Virus record (IMG/VR): IMGVR_UViG_3300028800_000097
Span: 733-64,732 of that record
Source of the DNA: a virus
Lineage: Duplodnaviria; Caudoviricetes
Reading direction: 5' to 3' (one strand)
DNA: 64,000 nt
Shown: piece after piece, positions 17,499 to 27,210 of the stretch
Layout: each line of letters starts with the position of its first letter
Numbering within the stretch: the first letter of the stretch is position 1
Made by a program: the position numbers and the translations under genes
The notes under the pieces: generated by a model
Database searches by the model: none
Told to the model about the DNA's origin: nothing
The model's input: the letters and a program-made list of their open reading frames with translations, nothing else

Positions 17499-17672
17499 AT
17501 AAATATCTTCCAAGATCCGACCAAGAGCGTCCCGACCAAGGACGGCCTGATCGTCCGCGTCGACATGGAGCAGCTCGACATCGGCGGGCGCAAGTCGCAC
17601 CTCCCGAGCGAAGGCAAGTCGGCCGACATGAGCGTGACTCACGTCGGCGGCTCCGCGTCGTCGGGCCGGTAA
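17499..17672 (+). CDS. 57-aa ORF with probable ATA start (or amber read-through extension)
   Basis: AAGGAG at 17485-90, ATA at 17499; high-GC3 codons to TAA 17672. Confidence 0.55.
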   Translation: MNIFQDPTKSVPTKDGLIVRVDMEQLDIGGRKSHLPSEGKSADMSVTHVGGSASSGR

Positions 17673-17678
17673 TCCACC

Positions 17679-18275
17679 ATGCCGAAGGTTGAGATCGACG
17701 AGGCCGAACTGCTTGCCAGCCAGCAGGTAGTTCACGCCGTCAACCAGATGATGGCTAACCCGAAGTCTCGCGCCATGCTTTTGCATGCACGCAAGACCGC
17801 CGATCCAGCCGCGTCGGTCCCCGAAGTAGACTCGATGATCCCGGTGGCGGGCGCCCTCGATCGCTTCGCTAAGCAGCTCGCCGAAGATAAGGCGGAGCGC
17901 GCCGCGGAGCGCGAAGCGGCGGCCAACGAGCGTCGGCTTGAGCAAGCCACGCGTGAGGTCGAGGGCGTCAAGTCGCGCCTGAAAGCCTCCGGCTGGACCG
18001 CCGACGGAATCGCCGCGGTCGAGAAGCTCGCCGAGGAACGTGGCATCTTCGACCTCGAAGCCGCCGCCGCGCTCCACGAGAAGATGAACCCGCCCCCGCC
18101 GCCGGCCGAGCCGAACGGCATGGGAAGCTGGGGCTTCTTTGAAGGCGCCGCCGACGAAGGCTCCGACAAGTTCGTCAAGTCGATGCTGGAAAGCGGCGGC
18201 GAGGACGAGGGCGCGCTCGGCCGCGAGGTACGCGCCGCACTCACCGACTACCGCAACGGCGTCAACGCGCGGTGA
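17679..18275 (+). CDS. putative capsid scaffolding protein
   Basis: charged coiled coil immediately upstream of the capsid gene. Confidence 0.7.
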   Translation: MPKVEIDEAELLASQQVVHAVNQMMANPKSRAMLLHARKTADPAASVPEVDSMIPVAGALDRFAKQLAEDKAERAAEREAAANERRLEQATREVEGVKSRLKASGWTADGIAAVEKLAEERGIFDLEAAAALHEKMNPPPPPAEPNGMGSWGFFEGAADEGSDKFVKSMLESGGEDEGALGREVRAALTDYRNGVNAR

Positions 18276-18307
18276 TCACCACCAACTCAAGACAAGGAAA
18301 CGAGTAA

Positions 18308-19360
18308 ATGCCCCTTCCAGGGATCGGCGTAGCGCCCTCAGGGGGCCTTTACAACGAACTCACGGCCGTCACGAGGCGTGCTTTTGTCCGCAGACTTTTC
18401 GTACAAATATACTTTGCCAGCCCTTCTTTGTTTTACTTATGGGGTAATGCACAACGCGCTGCTGGTGGTCTAAATCAGGTCACTATACCAATGCAGGGCA
18501 ACAGTATGGTGCAAGGATCATTTACAAATTACGGAGGCGGATTTAATTCACCCGTGGTGACGCCAGGCATCCAGAACGGCCAGTTCAACCTCGCGTATTG
18601 GGTTGTGCCGATCCCGCTGCCGTTCGGCGAGCGGATCATCCAGGCGACCGACGTCGAGATTTCGCTGCTGAAAGCGCGCATGAACGACGCGTACGCTGTG
18701 ACGAGGCAGAATATTGCCAGATTGCTCTACACGAACAACTCGGCGCTGCCGAACTACCCCGATAGCTTCATCAACGCCTTCGACGATGGGACGAACGTCC
18801 CGACGTATGGCGGCATCAACCGAACAGCGGCGGGCAACGCGGCGTTCAAGGGCCAGTATATCAACGTCGGCGGCGGGACGTCGTGGAACACGAATTTCAC
18901 CACATCCACGTTGGGCTTCAGCCGGGCGGCAATGTCATCGCTGCTGATGAAGATCACCGACACGGCCGGCGGCGAAGCGCCGACATTCGGCGTGATGAAC
19001 CCGGCCGATCTGGCGACCCTGAACAACAACTTCATCGGGGTCGAGAACCAGTACGTGATGCCGGGCCGGAACTACACGATGGACACGCCGATCCGGTCGA
19101 GCTTCCCGAACGTGAACGTGGCCGGCGTGCCGATCTTCGCGGACCACTTCGTGCCGGTTGGGAACGCGTTCTTCTCGAACGTCAAGTATACGAATTTGTA
19201 CCTGAGCGAGGACGCCGCGATGGACTTCTCCGGCTTCTACTCGCTGGTGCCGCTTGGTCAGATCGGGCAGCAGGGTATCGTGGTGCTTGGATACGACTTG
19301 GTGTCGGCGAAATCCTCCTCCGGAGCCTGGGTCTACGGCTTTGGCGGGGCGGCTTACTGA
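18308..19360 (+). CDS. major capsid protein
   Basis: 350 aa, AAGGA SD; ELTAVTRRAFV, YGGINR, GVPIFADHFVP; position after the scaffold. Confidence 0.85.
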   Translation: MPLPGIGVAPSGGLYNELTAVTRRAFVRRLFVQIYFASPSLFYLWGNAQRAAGGLNQVTIPMQGNSMVQGSFTNYGGGFNSPVVTPGIQNGQFNLAYWVVPIPLPFGERIIQATDVEISLLKARMNDAYAVTRQNIARLLYTNNSALPNYPDSFINAFDDGTNVPTYGGINRTAAGNAAFKGQYINVGGGTSWNTNFTTSTLGFSRAAMSSLLMKITDTAGGEAPTFGVMNPADLATLNNNFIGVENQYVMPGRNYTMDTPIRSSFPNVNVAGVPIFADHFVPVGNAFFSNVKYTNLYLSEDAAMDFSGFYSLVPLGQIGQQGIVVLGYDLVSAKSSSGAWVYGFGGAAY

Positions 19361-19372
19361 GGGGCATAGAAC

Positions 19373-20515
19373 ATGACACTACGCATTGGTGGCCCCGGCC
19401 AGTCGCTTCCGGCCCCGGCCAATCTCTACCCGAGCTACCTTCAGGGCACGCCGTACGACGCGCCGATGAACTACGTCGGTCTGGCGGCTGGTGACGCGAT
19501 CTACTTCCCAGGGCTGAGCAACGACATCTGGGTCAATCCCGGCGCTTACAGCATGGTCCAATTCTTGGACCCTGTGACGGGCGTTTGGCGCGACATTCCG
19601 GCACAGCGCGGTCAGGCGTACCACGTCCCGGTGAGCGGATCACAGAACTTTCGCGTCGCGAACCTGACAGGTTGTCCGGTGGCGGCGATAATCGCCGGCG
19701 GCGGGTCGGGCTTCGCGCAGGCAACAGCGACCATCACTTCGAACGTTGGCGGCTCGACGTGGCAGGCGATCGTCGGCGGGTGCTTGACCGTCTCGACCAT
19801 CAGCGCGGCAGGGGCGAACTACAACATCGCCCCCCTGGTCATGATCCCGGTGCCGCCATCACCCGGCGTGCAGGCGACGGCCCATGCCATCCTTGCAAGC
19901 GGCACGGTGTCGTCCATCGTGTTGGACAACGTTGGTGCCGGCTACGGCTCAGCGCCGGTCGCGACTCTTGAGCCATCGCCGTTCGACCCTAACGCTGGGA
20001 CAATCACGCAGGCGACAGTCGTGTTCGCGATCGACCCTGCCAAGCAGGGCAAGATCGCCGCGGCCCTCTGCACCTACAACGGCGCACCGCTCGCGACGCT
20101 CTCGGCTCTGACGCTGACGGCGGCCGGCGGTGCCGGAACTGGCGCGACGATCACCCCTCTTGTGTTGCAGTCATGCACGCTGGCGTCGGTTGTTGCTGGT
20201 GGCGCGGGTTGGGGCAACGCAACGGCGTTCGCCAAGATCTTCAGCAGCGGCGGCGGCGGCAACGTCAGTGTCTCGGCGATCGGCAATCCGGCGATCGAGG
20301 CGACCGGGTTCCGGCCGCGCGATGCGGTGATCACCGGCACGACCAACGCTGGCGGCACGATCACGGCGGCGACCATCCTCGATGGCGGTCTGTTCTTATC
20401 GGCGGCGACCGTCGGTGGAGCGATCCTGTCGGGCGGCACGCTTCCTACCACGCTCGCAAGCGTGGCTCTTACCATGGGCGCTCAAACCGACACGATCTTG
20501 ATCCAACCCATGTGA
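19373..20515 (+). CDS. virion structural/decoration protein with GxGY beta-repeats
   Basis: Gly/Ala/Thr-rich; GGGSGF, GANY, GAGY repeats; follows the capsid gene. Confidence 0.7.
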   Translation: MTLRIGGPGQSLPAPANLYPSYLQGTPYDAPMNYVGLAAGDAIYFPGLSNDIWVNPGAYSMVQFLDPVTGVWRDIPAQRGQAYHVPVSGSQNFRVANLTGCPVAAIIAGGGSGFAQATATITSNVGGSTWQAIVGGCLTVSTISAAGANYNIAPLVMIPVPPSPGVQATAHAILASGTVSSIVLDNVGAGYGSAPVATLEPSPFDPNAGTITQATVVFAIDPAKQGKIAAALCTYNGAPLATLSALTLTAAGGAGTGATITPLVLQSCTLASVVAGGAGWGNATAFAKIFSSGGGGNVSVSAIGNPAIEATGFRPRDAVITGTTNAGGTITAATILDGGLFLSAATVGGAILSGGTLPTTLASVALTMGAQTDTILIQPM

Positions 20516-20536
20516 GGGGCGGTCCGGGGGTGAACC

Positions 20537-21289
20537 TTGCTCACCGCCTATCTGAATGCGACCAGGGCTCTGCTCCAGCAGCCTCCGGCGGGCACGCCGC
20601 TCTATTCGGACGCTCTACTCACGACTTTCGTGAACAGCGCGCGCGGGCAAGTTGCGGGCGAGAGCGAGGCGATCCGGTTCATCGGGGGCCTGTCGATCAC
20701 GTCGGCAGCGTCACCACAGGCGTATCCTTTTTCGTCGATCACCCTTGGCGGTGTGGCGGGCGTGTCGGGTGTCATCAATGTCCGGACTATCTGGTATCCG
20801 TCCGGAACCGGCCAGCTATGGGTCGCGCCTGAGACCTTCGAGTGGTTCTCGATCTATGAGCTGAACGTCACGCCGGCGGCGACGCCTGGCCCGCCGGTGG
20901 TCTGGGCTCAGTTCGGCCAGGGCGCTTCGGCGCAGACCTCGCCGCTGCCGGTCGGCGGCGGATCTCTCTACATCTCGCCCGGCCCCGATCAGACCTATGC
21001 CCTGAAGCTCGATTGCGTGGGCTACCCTATACCTCTGGTCGACGACACGACGGCCGAAGCGATCCCGTATCTCTGGACTGACTCGGTGCCATACTTCGCC
21101 GCCTACTTGGCGCTGTTGTCGGCGCAGACCGGCATGCGGACGCAACAGGCGGAGGGGATGTTCAAGTTGTACGAGCTTTTCACGCAGCGCGCGCGGAAGG
21201 CGGCGACATCGAGCTTCCTGCCGTGGCAGTTCGAGCAGACGCAGGTTCCTGGTGGGATCAACGCCCAGCCTCAACAGCGGGGTGGCTGA
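20537..21289 (+). CDS. head-tail adaptor/ring protein, paralog 1
   Basis: FVNSARGQVAGE...YPFS...WAQFGQG...IPYLWTDSVPYFAAYLA. Confidence 0.75.
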   Translation: MLTAYLNATRALLQQPPAGTPLYSDALLTTFVNSARGQVAGESEAIRFIGGLSITSAASPQAYPFSSITLGGVAGVSGVINVRTIWYPSGTGQLWVAPETFEWFSIYELNVTPAATPGPPVVWAQFGQGASAQTSPLPVGGGSLYISPGPDQTYALKLDCVGYPIPLVDDTTAEAIPYLWTDSVPYFAAYLALLSAQTGMRTQQAEGMFKLYELFTQRARKAATSSFLPWQFEQTQVPGGINAQPQQRGG

Positions 21290-22008
21290 TGGCCCTTTTC
21301 GAGTACATGCGGCGGACCCAGCGCATCCTCCGTGACCAGCGCGTTCAGCTCATCGCGCCGACCGACTTGATTGCATTCATCAACGAAGCCCGCGGCCAGA
21401 TCGCTGGCGAGGCTGAGTGTGTTCTGGCGGTCGGCTCACTGGCGGTCACGTCGGCTTCGCAGGTCTACCCTTTCAGTGCCGTCACGTTCGCCTCCGGTAT
21501 CGCTGGGGCTCTGAACGTCAGGACTTTGTGGCGGGTGGTGGCGACCACCGGCAAGACGTGGATGGTTCCTCGGCCATGGCCCTGGTTCTCGCTGTATTAT
21601 TTGACCACCCCGCAGATCACTCCTGCCGCCCCAAAGATTTGGGCACAGTATGGGCAAGGCGCTGCCGGATCGGTTTACGTGTCGCCCATCCCCGATGCGA
21701 ACTACACGCTGTCGGTGGACGCAATGTGTTACCCCAACCGACTGGCCACCGATTCCGATGTCGAGGTGGTTCCTTACCTGTGGACCGACGCCATCGCGTA
21801 TTACGCGGCGTACCTGGCGATGATGGCGATGCAGACCGGTGGGGGCACCCGTGAGTCTGACGGCATGTACAAGCGGTACCAGGAATACGTGGCCCGAGCT
21901 CGGATGGCGGCCAATCCGTCGATCATGCCGTCCAATTACGCCCACTCGCAGCCGATGCCTTCTAATCAGTTGGGTGGCGGCACCGCCCCTCCGCAGGGAG
22001 GGCAGTAG
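21289..22008 (+). CDS. head-tail adaptor/ring protein, paralog 2
   Basis: FINEARGQIAGE...YPFS...WAQYGQG...VPYLWTDAIAYYAAYLA. Confidence 0.75.
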   Translation: MALFEYMRRTQRILRDQRVQLIAPTDLIAFINEARGQIAGEAECVLAVGSLAVTSASQVYPFSAVTFASGIAGALNVRTLWRVVATTGKTWMVPRPWPWFSLYYLTTPQITPAAPKIWAQYGQGAAGSVYVSPIPDANYTLSVDAMCYPNRLATDSDVEVVPYLWTDAIAYYAAYLAMMAMQTGGGTRESDGMYKRYQEYVARARMAANPSIMPSNYAHSQPMPSNQLGGGTAPPQGGQ

Positions 22009-22725
22009 ATGCTGTTCGCGTATCTCCAGGCCACTCAGAGGTACATCCGCGACGCCAAGCAGGAGTTGGTCAACCCCGACGATCTGACCACATTCATCAA
22101 CGAAGCGCGCGGCCAACTGGCCGGGGAAGCCGACTGCATCGTGCATGTCGGCACGCTGGCGCTGACGTCGCCGACGCAGGTCTACCCGTTCAGCGCGATT
22201 GCTCTTGGTGTCACAGGCATTGCCGGACCGCTGAAGGTTAGGACGCTGTGGTATGGCGTCGGCACTGGTCAGTTGTGGATCAGACCTCGGCCATGGCCTT
22301 GGTTCTCGCTCTATGAATTGAGCAACCCGGTTCCCGATAGCGGGCCCCCAAAGGTTTGGGCTCAATACGGCCAGGGCGCGAGCGGCACGATCTATGTCTC
22401 GCCGCTGCCAGACACCGGCTACACCGTCCAGGCTGACTGCATCTGCTATCCTAGCCCACTGAACGCCGACAGTGACCCAGAGGTGATCCCCTACCAGTGG
22501 ACTGACTGTATCCCGTACTACGCGGCGTATCTCGCCATGCTGTCGATGGAGACGCCGGCGGCGCTCCAAGAGGCGGACAAGATGTATCAGAGATATGGGG
22601 AATACGTGGCCCGCGCACGCCGCGCCGCGACATCGCCGGTGATGCCTGGAATCTATGCGCAGTCGCCGAACATCACGCGGGCGGGGCAACTCGGGATGAC
22701 CGCTCCTGCCCGTGGTCAGCAGTAA
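22009..22725 (+). CDS. head-tail adaptor/ring protein, paralog 3
   Basis: FINEARGQLAGE...YPFS...WAQYGQG...IPYQWTDCIPYYAAYLA. Confidence 0.75.
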   Translation: MLFAYLQATQRYIRDAKQELVNPDDLTTFINEARGQLAGEADCIVHVGTLALTSPTQVYPFSAIALGVTGIAGPLKVRTLWYGVGTGQLWIRPRPWPWFSLYELSNPVPDSGPPKVWAQYGQGASGTIYVSPLPDTGYTVQADCICYPSPLNADSDPEVIPYQWTDCIPYYAAYLAMLSMETPAALQEADKMYQRYGEYVARARRAATSPVMPGIYAQSPNITRAGQLGMTAPARGQQ

Positions 22726-23657
22726 TGCCTGCAACGCTTTTCACCTACATGCGTCAGGTCCAGCGGTTCCTGCATGATTCAAATCAGGAACTCATTGATC
22801 CCGGCGACATCATTGAGTATGTGAACCAATCGAGGCGCGAAGTTGCGATGCGGGGGCAGTGCATCAGGCTCCTGCCGGTGATCTCTGGCTCGATTGTCTC
22901 GGTCCCAATCCCGGTCGTGAGTGGATGGACTGGCCCGGTGACGGTGGCGATCTCACCACCAGACAGCCCCAGCGGCGCCCTCCCGTTTCCCCAAGGGGCT
23001 CAAGCAACCGCGACGGCTACGTTGGCCGCTGGGGTGATCGACGACGTAGAGGTCACGTATGGCGGCTACGGCTACTTCCAGCCGCAAGCGGTGTTCACCG
23101 ATGCCGTAGGGCACACGGCCACGGTGTTCGCTGTCACGACCAACAACAACCTGCTCAACCAGGGACAGGAAATCTATCGCTTCGGCGACGTGGACCTGTC
23201 CCAGTTCCCTGGAGTGCAGTCGATCTACATGGTTCGCGGCGTGTCGGTGCTGTACTCGAACTACCGATACTCGCTGCCGTTCTATTCGTTCACGACATAT
23301 CAGGCGATGATCCGGCAGTACATCGCCTCGCAGTACCAGTATGTGCCGACGTTCGGCGCGCAACTCGGGCGCGGCACGGGCGGCTCTCTGTATCTCTACC
23401 CGCCGCCCAGCCAGGCCTATCAGATGGAGTGGGACTGCTGCTGCCTGCCGTCGGACCTGAATGTCGACCAGGACGTTGAGGCGCTGCCAGATCCGTGGAC
23501 CGACGCGGTGCCGTACTTCGCCGCGCATCTGGCGTTCCTCGAACTCCAGAACCTGAACACAGCCAGGATGTACAACGACCTGTTCGATGAGCGGGTCAAA
23601 CGCTTCGGCGGGTACGTTCAGCCGGGCCGGGTCTCGAATCCTTACGGGCGCTTCTGA
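22725..23657 (+). CDS. head-tail adaptor/ring protein, paralog 4, with an inserted beta domain
   Basis: YVNQSRREVA...AQLGRG...LPDPWTDAVPYFAAHLA plus an internal insert. Confidence 0.75.
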   Translation: MPATLFTYMRQVQRFLHDSNQELIDPGDIIEYVNQSRREVAMRGQCIRLLPVISGSIVSVPIPVVSGWTGPVTVAISPPDSPSGALPFPQGAQATATATLAAGVIDDVEVTYGGYGYFQPQAVFTDAVGHTATVFAVTTNNNLLNQGQEIYRFGDVDLSQFPGVQSIYMVRGVSVLYSNYRYSLPFYSFTTYQAMIRQYIASQYQYVPTFGAQLGRGTGGSLYLYPPPSQAYQMEWDCCCLPSDLNVDQDVEALPDPWTDAVPYFAAHLAFLELQNLNTARMYNDLFDERVKRFGGYVQPGRVSNPYGRF

Positions 23658-25288
23658 TGTCTGACCGCGCGCAACAACAGCAGGAGCAGCAGCCACAAGG
23701 CGGTGGCGGAAGCGGCAATATCCCCCCAGGCATGGAAGCCCTGGTGTTTGGCCAATGGACAACCACGAACACCAACGGTAGCCGCCCGGCGATCAAGGAT
23801 CCCGAGCTTTACTACACGGACGGCTTCATGCCTGTGGGAGACGGGCGGCTTCGGACCATGCCGGACGTGGGGCCAGCGCTGGTCAACGCCTTCCCCAATC
23901 AAATCGTGTTCTACGACTTCTTCAACATAGGAACGACGCCCTACTGCGTTTTCGTGACCTCGGACGGTTCGGTGTGGGTGTTCGTAACCAACTCCAACCC
24001 GGTTACGGTCACGCTGATTTCAGGCCCTGGTACGATCACCAGCCTGTCCCCTAGCTCGATAGGGATTAGCCAGTGGGGAAGCCAGTTCCTGATTGTCGTT
24101 TCGTCCCAGACGAACGGGTATTTCCTGTGGGACGGCACGACGTTCTACCGGCCGGGCGATGCGGTGCCCGGCTTCACCACGGTGCCAACCGGCGTGTCGG
24201 GAACGGCGGTAGAAATCTATCAGCAGCATGTGTGGGTCGCGAACGGCGCCACGATCACGTTTTCCGCCCCCCAAAGCATCACGGATTTCTCGACAGGCAG
24301 CGGCGGCGGCTCGTTCACCTCGAATGACTCATTCCTGCGTGTTGGCTACACGGAATTGAAATCCACCAACGGCTTCCTCTACCTGATCGGTGACAGCTCA
24401 ATCAATTACATCTCCGGCGTGGCCACCGGCGGCGGGCCACCACCGGTGACGACGTTCACCAACCAGAACGCCGATCCCGAGGTTGGCACTCCGTGGCCGG
24501 GGACCGTTGACGTGCTCAGCAGCGCCATAGTGATGGCGAATCCCTGGGGCGCGCATGTCAGCTATGGTGGGCGGGTCAACAAGATTTCCGAACCTATGGA
24601 CGGAGTTTACAACACTGTCCCGAACTTCGGGGGCTTTACCCCAAGCGCCTGCAAGGCCATCGTCTACGGCAAGCGTGTATGGTGTCTGCTGTTACCAGTT
24701 GTCAGCACGATCACGGGGCAAATATCCAACACGATTTTGATTTGGTCCCCCGTCTCCAATCGCTGGTTCCTCACGCACCAGAGCGTCAATCTGGTCTACA
24801 TCCAGCACGAGGAAATCAATTCGTTCATTACCGGTTATGGCACCGACGGACACTCGATCTACCGCCTATTTCAGCAGCCATCTGTCAGTTTCCAAAAGTC
24901 GTTCCAGACAAAACTAAGATGGGCTCGTGAGGGCTATCTTGTTACGCAGGCGACCAACAGGATTTGGGGGTTGATGGAGATTTTCAGCACTCTCGATGCC
25001 AGTTTGAATATATCTGTCGATAACGAAATAACGTCTGCATCACAGACAACGACGCTTGTTGGCGCGGTCGCGACATGGACGAACAACGCGGACGCTATTG
25101 TGACGTGGTTTTCGGGCGCCAGCGTAGTGACCTGGTTTGTTGTCGGCAACACGGCCGTTGCTGTTCTCTCGCCATCGTCGATTGCGCAGCAGGGCGTTCT
25201 ACTCGGTCTCACGGTGACGACGATGGCGGCCGACATATCGGTGATTTCGCTGGCGCTGGGCGCGGATGTCTGGGGCTACAGGGGATAA
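23657..25288 (+). CDS. tail nozzle / DNA-stabilisation protein (P22 gp10-like position)
   Basis: 543-aa beta-rich ORF after the adaptors. Confidence 0.7.
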   Translation: MSDRAQQQQEQQPQGGGGSGNIPPGMEALVFGQWTTTNTNGSRPAIKDPELYYTDGFMPVGDGRLRTMPDVGPALVNAFPNQIVFYDFFNIGTTPYCVFVTSDGSVWVFVTNSNPVTVTLISGPGTITSLSPSSIGISQWGSQFLIVVSSQTNGYFLWDGTTFYRPGDAVPGFTTVPTGVSGTAVEIYQQHVWVANGATITFSAPQSITDFSTGSGGGSFTSNDSFLRVGYTELKSTNGFLYLIGDSSINYISGVATGGGPPPVTTFTNQNADPEVGTPWPGTVDVLSSAIVMANPWGAHVSYGGRVNKISEPMDGVYNTVPNFGGFTPSACKAIVYGKRVWCLLLPVVSTITGQISNTILIWSPVSNRWFLTHQSVNLVYIQHEEINSFITGYGTDGHSIYRLFQQPSVSFQKSFQTKLRWAREGYLVTQATNRIWGLMEIFSTLDASLNISVDNEITSASQTTTLVGAVATWTNNADAIVTWFSGASVVTWFVVGNTAVAVLSPSSIAQQGVLLGLTVTTMAADISVISLALGADVWGYRG

Positions 25289-25291
25289 TAA

Positions 25292-26326
25292 ATGCCGCTA
25301 CCGAACACATTCGCAGCGCAAACCTCACCGCAGATGGTCGAATTGGACCAGAATTTTGCGGCGCTCGGTGCGTTGACAACAATACCTTGCACAGTGGCCG
25401 GCACGAACACGCTCGCGCTCACGGCGACCGCGAATACGCCGACCATTGCGGCATATTCCAACTACCAGCCATTCAGTTTCATCGCCGCTAATACGAACTC
25501 GACGGCTGCCACGGCTGCTGTTGGTAGTCTGGCGGCGCTCAGCATCTACAAGGACTCACTCGGCGGCCCTGTGGTGCTTACGGGCGGCGAGATCGTAGCG
25601 GGCGGGCTCGTGATCCTGACTTATGATTCAGCCCTCAATACTGGAGCGGGAGGCTTCCATTTAAGCCCTCCGACGTTATCCCCGACACTCGCCGCGCCGG
25701 TGTTGCTGACATCCTCCAGCGCCAACTATACCGTGCCCGCAGGCGTGACTTTGTTGCGTATTGCCATGACAGGTGCGGGCGGCGGCGGCGGCGGCGTATC
25801 GGCGGCGGCGGCAACGGCTAGCGCTGGCCTGCCAGGAGTGATGATTACGGGGGCGATGATCGTTACGCCTGGACAGGTGATCCCGTATGGATGCGGTGCG
25901 GGGGGAACTCGTGGGCCGAATACGGGGACGAGTGGGGGGGTCGGTGGCGATACAACCTTCGGGCCGTTCACGGCAAAGGGAGGGGGGCCGGGTGGCGGTT
26001 CGACCTCGGGTAATGCCGCAGCACAGGGACAGGCAGGGTCCACGACCATAGGACAGCAGCTTGCGATGATAACCGGGTCGGTTCTCGTGCCAACAACTGC
26101 GGCGTTCCTCACTTCTCAAAGCGGGACCAATATCAACGGCGCGGCGGGTGCTGCGGGTGTTGGCGGCCTTGGGCGGGGTATTTGGGGCACTGGGGGCACG
26201 CCTGGGACCAATGGTTCCGCGACAGATGCCACGGGCTATGGTGCGGGGGCATCGGGCGCAGGATCTACCGCCAGCACGGCCGGCACCGGCGGCCTCGGCG
26301 CCCCTGGCGCGATCCTTCTCTACTGA
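25292..26326 (+). CDS. glycine-rich tail fibre protein
   Basis: N-terminal ELDQNFAAL anchor; YTVPAGVT...GAGGGGG glycine-rich domain. Confidence 0.75.
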   Translation: MPLPNTFAAQTSPQMVELDQNFAALGALTTIPCTVAGTNTLALTATANTPTIAAYSNYQPFSFIAANTNSTAATAAVGSLAALSIYKDSLGGPVVLTGGEIVAGGLVILTYDSALNTGAGGFHLSPPTLSPTLAAPVLLTSSSANYTVPAGVTLLRIAMTGAGGGGGGVSAAAATASAGLPGVMITGAMIVTPGQVIPYGCGAGGTRGPNTGTSGGVGGDTTFGPFTAKGGGPGGGSTSGNAAAQGQAGSTTIGQQLAMITGSVLVPTTAAFLTSQSGTNINGAAGAAGVGGLGRGIWGTGGTPGTNGSATDATGYGAGASGAGSTASTAGTGGLGAPGAILLY

Positions 26327-26664
26327 TGGCAATCGCAGACCTATTCAACGTGCCGGACACAGATGCTGCAATGCAGCAATGGTCGTTCGCGCACATGGCG
26401 CATCACCGCGACATGATCAGGGTGGTCAAGCAGACTCTGAACGTCGAACTGACGGAGTTCATCCTTGACCCTGTGAACCTTCGTGACCCGGCCACCTTCC
26501 TCGACCAGCACCAGATCATGCACCAGCAGATGGACGCGCTGTTCAACATCTCAGGGTTCGATTTGACCGAGGTGAACTGGAACGACACCAGCCAGCGATC
26601 GGCCTGGATTTGGCAGAACGCGCAGTTACATCTCCTGGAAGCGACCGCGACGGGGGTTTTCTGA
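26326..26664 (+). CDS. His-rich hypothetical protein
   Basis: TGATG coupling; periodic WxxxH motifs. Confidence 0.65.
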   Translation: MAIADLFNVPDTDAAMQQWSFAHMAHHRDMIRVVKQTLNVELTEFILDPVNLRDPATFLDQHQIMHQQMDALFNISGFDLTEVNWNDTSQRSAWIWQNAQLHLLEATATGVF

Positions 26665-26718
26665 GAATGTTTCGCGCTGTGACACAATGCGGTATAGGCT
26701 GCGCCCCGGAGGCACAAC

Positions 26719-27210
26719 ATGCGGGCAACTGAACGAGTGGCTGACCAGAAGGCGCCAATCGCGCATACGGGGCACCGTGTTACCCGAGCTGATCTCGATG
26801 AGCTTCGCCCGTGGGTCGAATCGCGGCTGACGGAGAAGTTCCCGCACAAGGCATCGTTCGCGATCTTCGGGTGGCTGGTCGGGTGCATGACGCAGAACGA
26901 CATGCTGTTCGTTCGCGCCGGTAGCGGCATCGCCCTGGTGCAGTTGCACAAGTCGTTCCTGTCCAAGTTCCCCTGGTGCGAAACGGTGTTCGTGCTGGCC
27001 AAGCAGGGCTTCGTGGCCGACGCCTCGGGCATCTTCCAAAACATCTACGACTGGGCCGAGCGCGAGCGCTGCACGCACTTGGTGATCGACGAGAAGCACT
27101 GCGACGTGGAGCGAGCCGACATTGCGATGGAGATCGGGTCTCCAAAGCGTGTTCCAACGTCGGTGGTGTTCTTCCCGCTCCACCATGCGCAGGACACGAC
27201 CGATGTCTGA
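26719..27210 (+). CDS. hypothetical protein, possibly GNAT-like, preceding the ejection genes
   Basis: GGAGG SD; IYDWAERERCTHL; position matches GNAT-fold genes of podoviruses. Confidence 0.55.
   Translation: MRATERVADQKAPIAHTGHRVTRADLDELRPWVESRLTEKFPHKASFAIFGWLVGCMTQNDMLFVRAGSGIALVQLHKSFLSKFPWCETVFVLAKQGFVADASGIFQNIYDWAERERCTHLVIDEKHCDVERADIAMEIGSPKRVPTSVVFFPLHHAQDTTDV

Noticed and set aside
21436-22734. 432-aa minus-strand ORF (and similar long antisense ORFs such as 50182-51528)
   Set aside because: Shadow frames of high-GC3 genes; Arg-rich composition and no recognisable motifs
20537-23657. Possible DGR or CRISPR-like repeats among the adaptor paralogs
   Set aside because: Similarity is at protein level with synonymous divergence; no reverse transcriptase, adenine-specific variation or repeat-spacer periodicity seen
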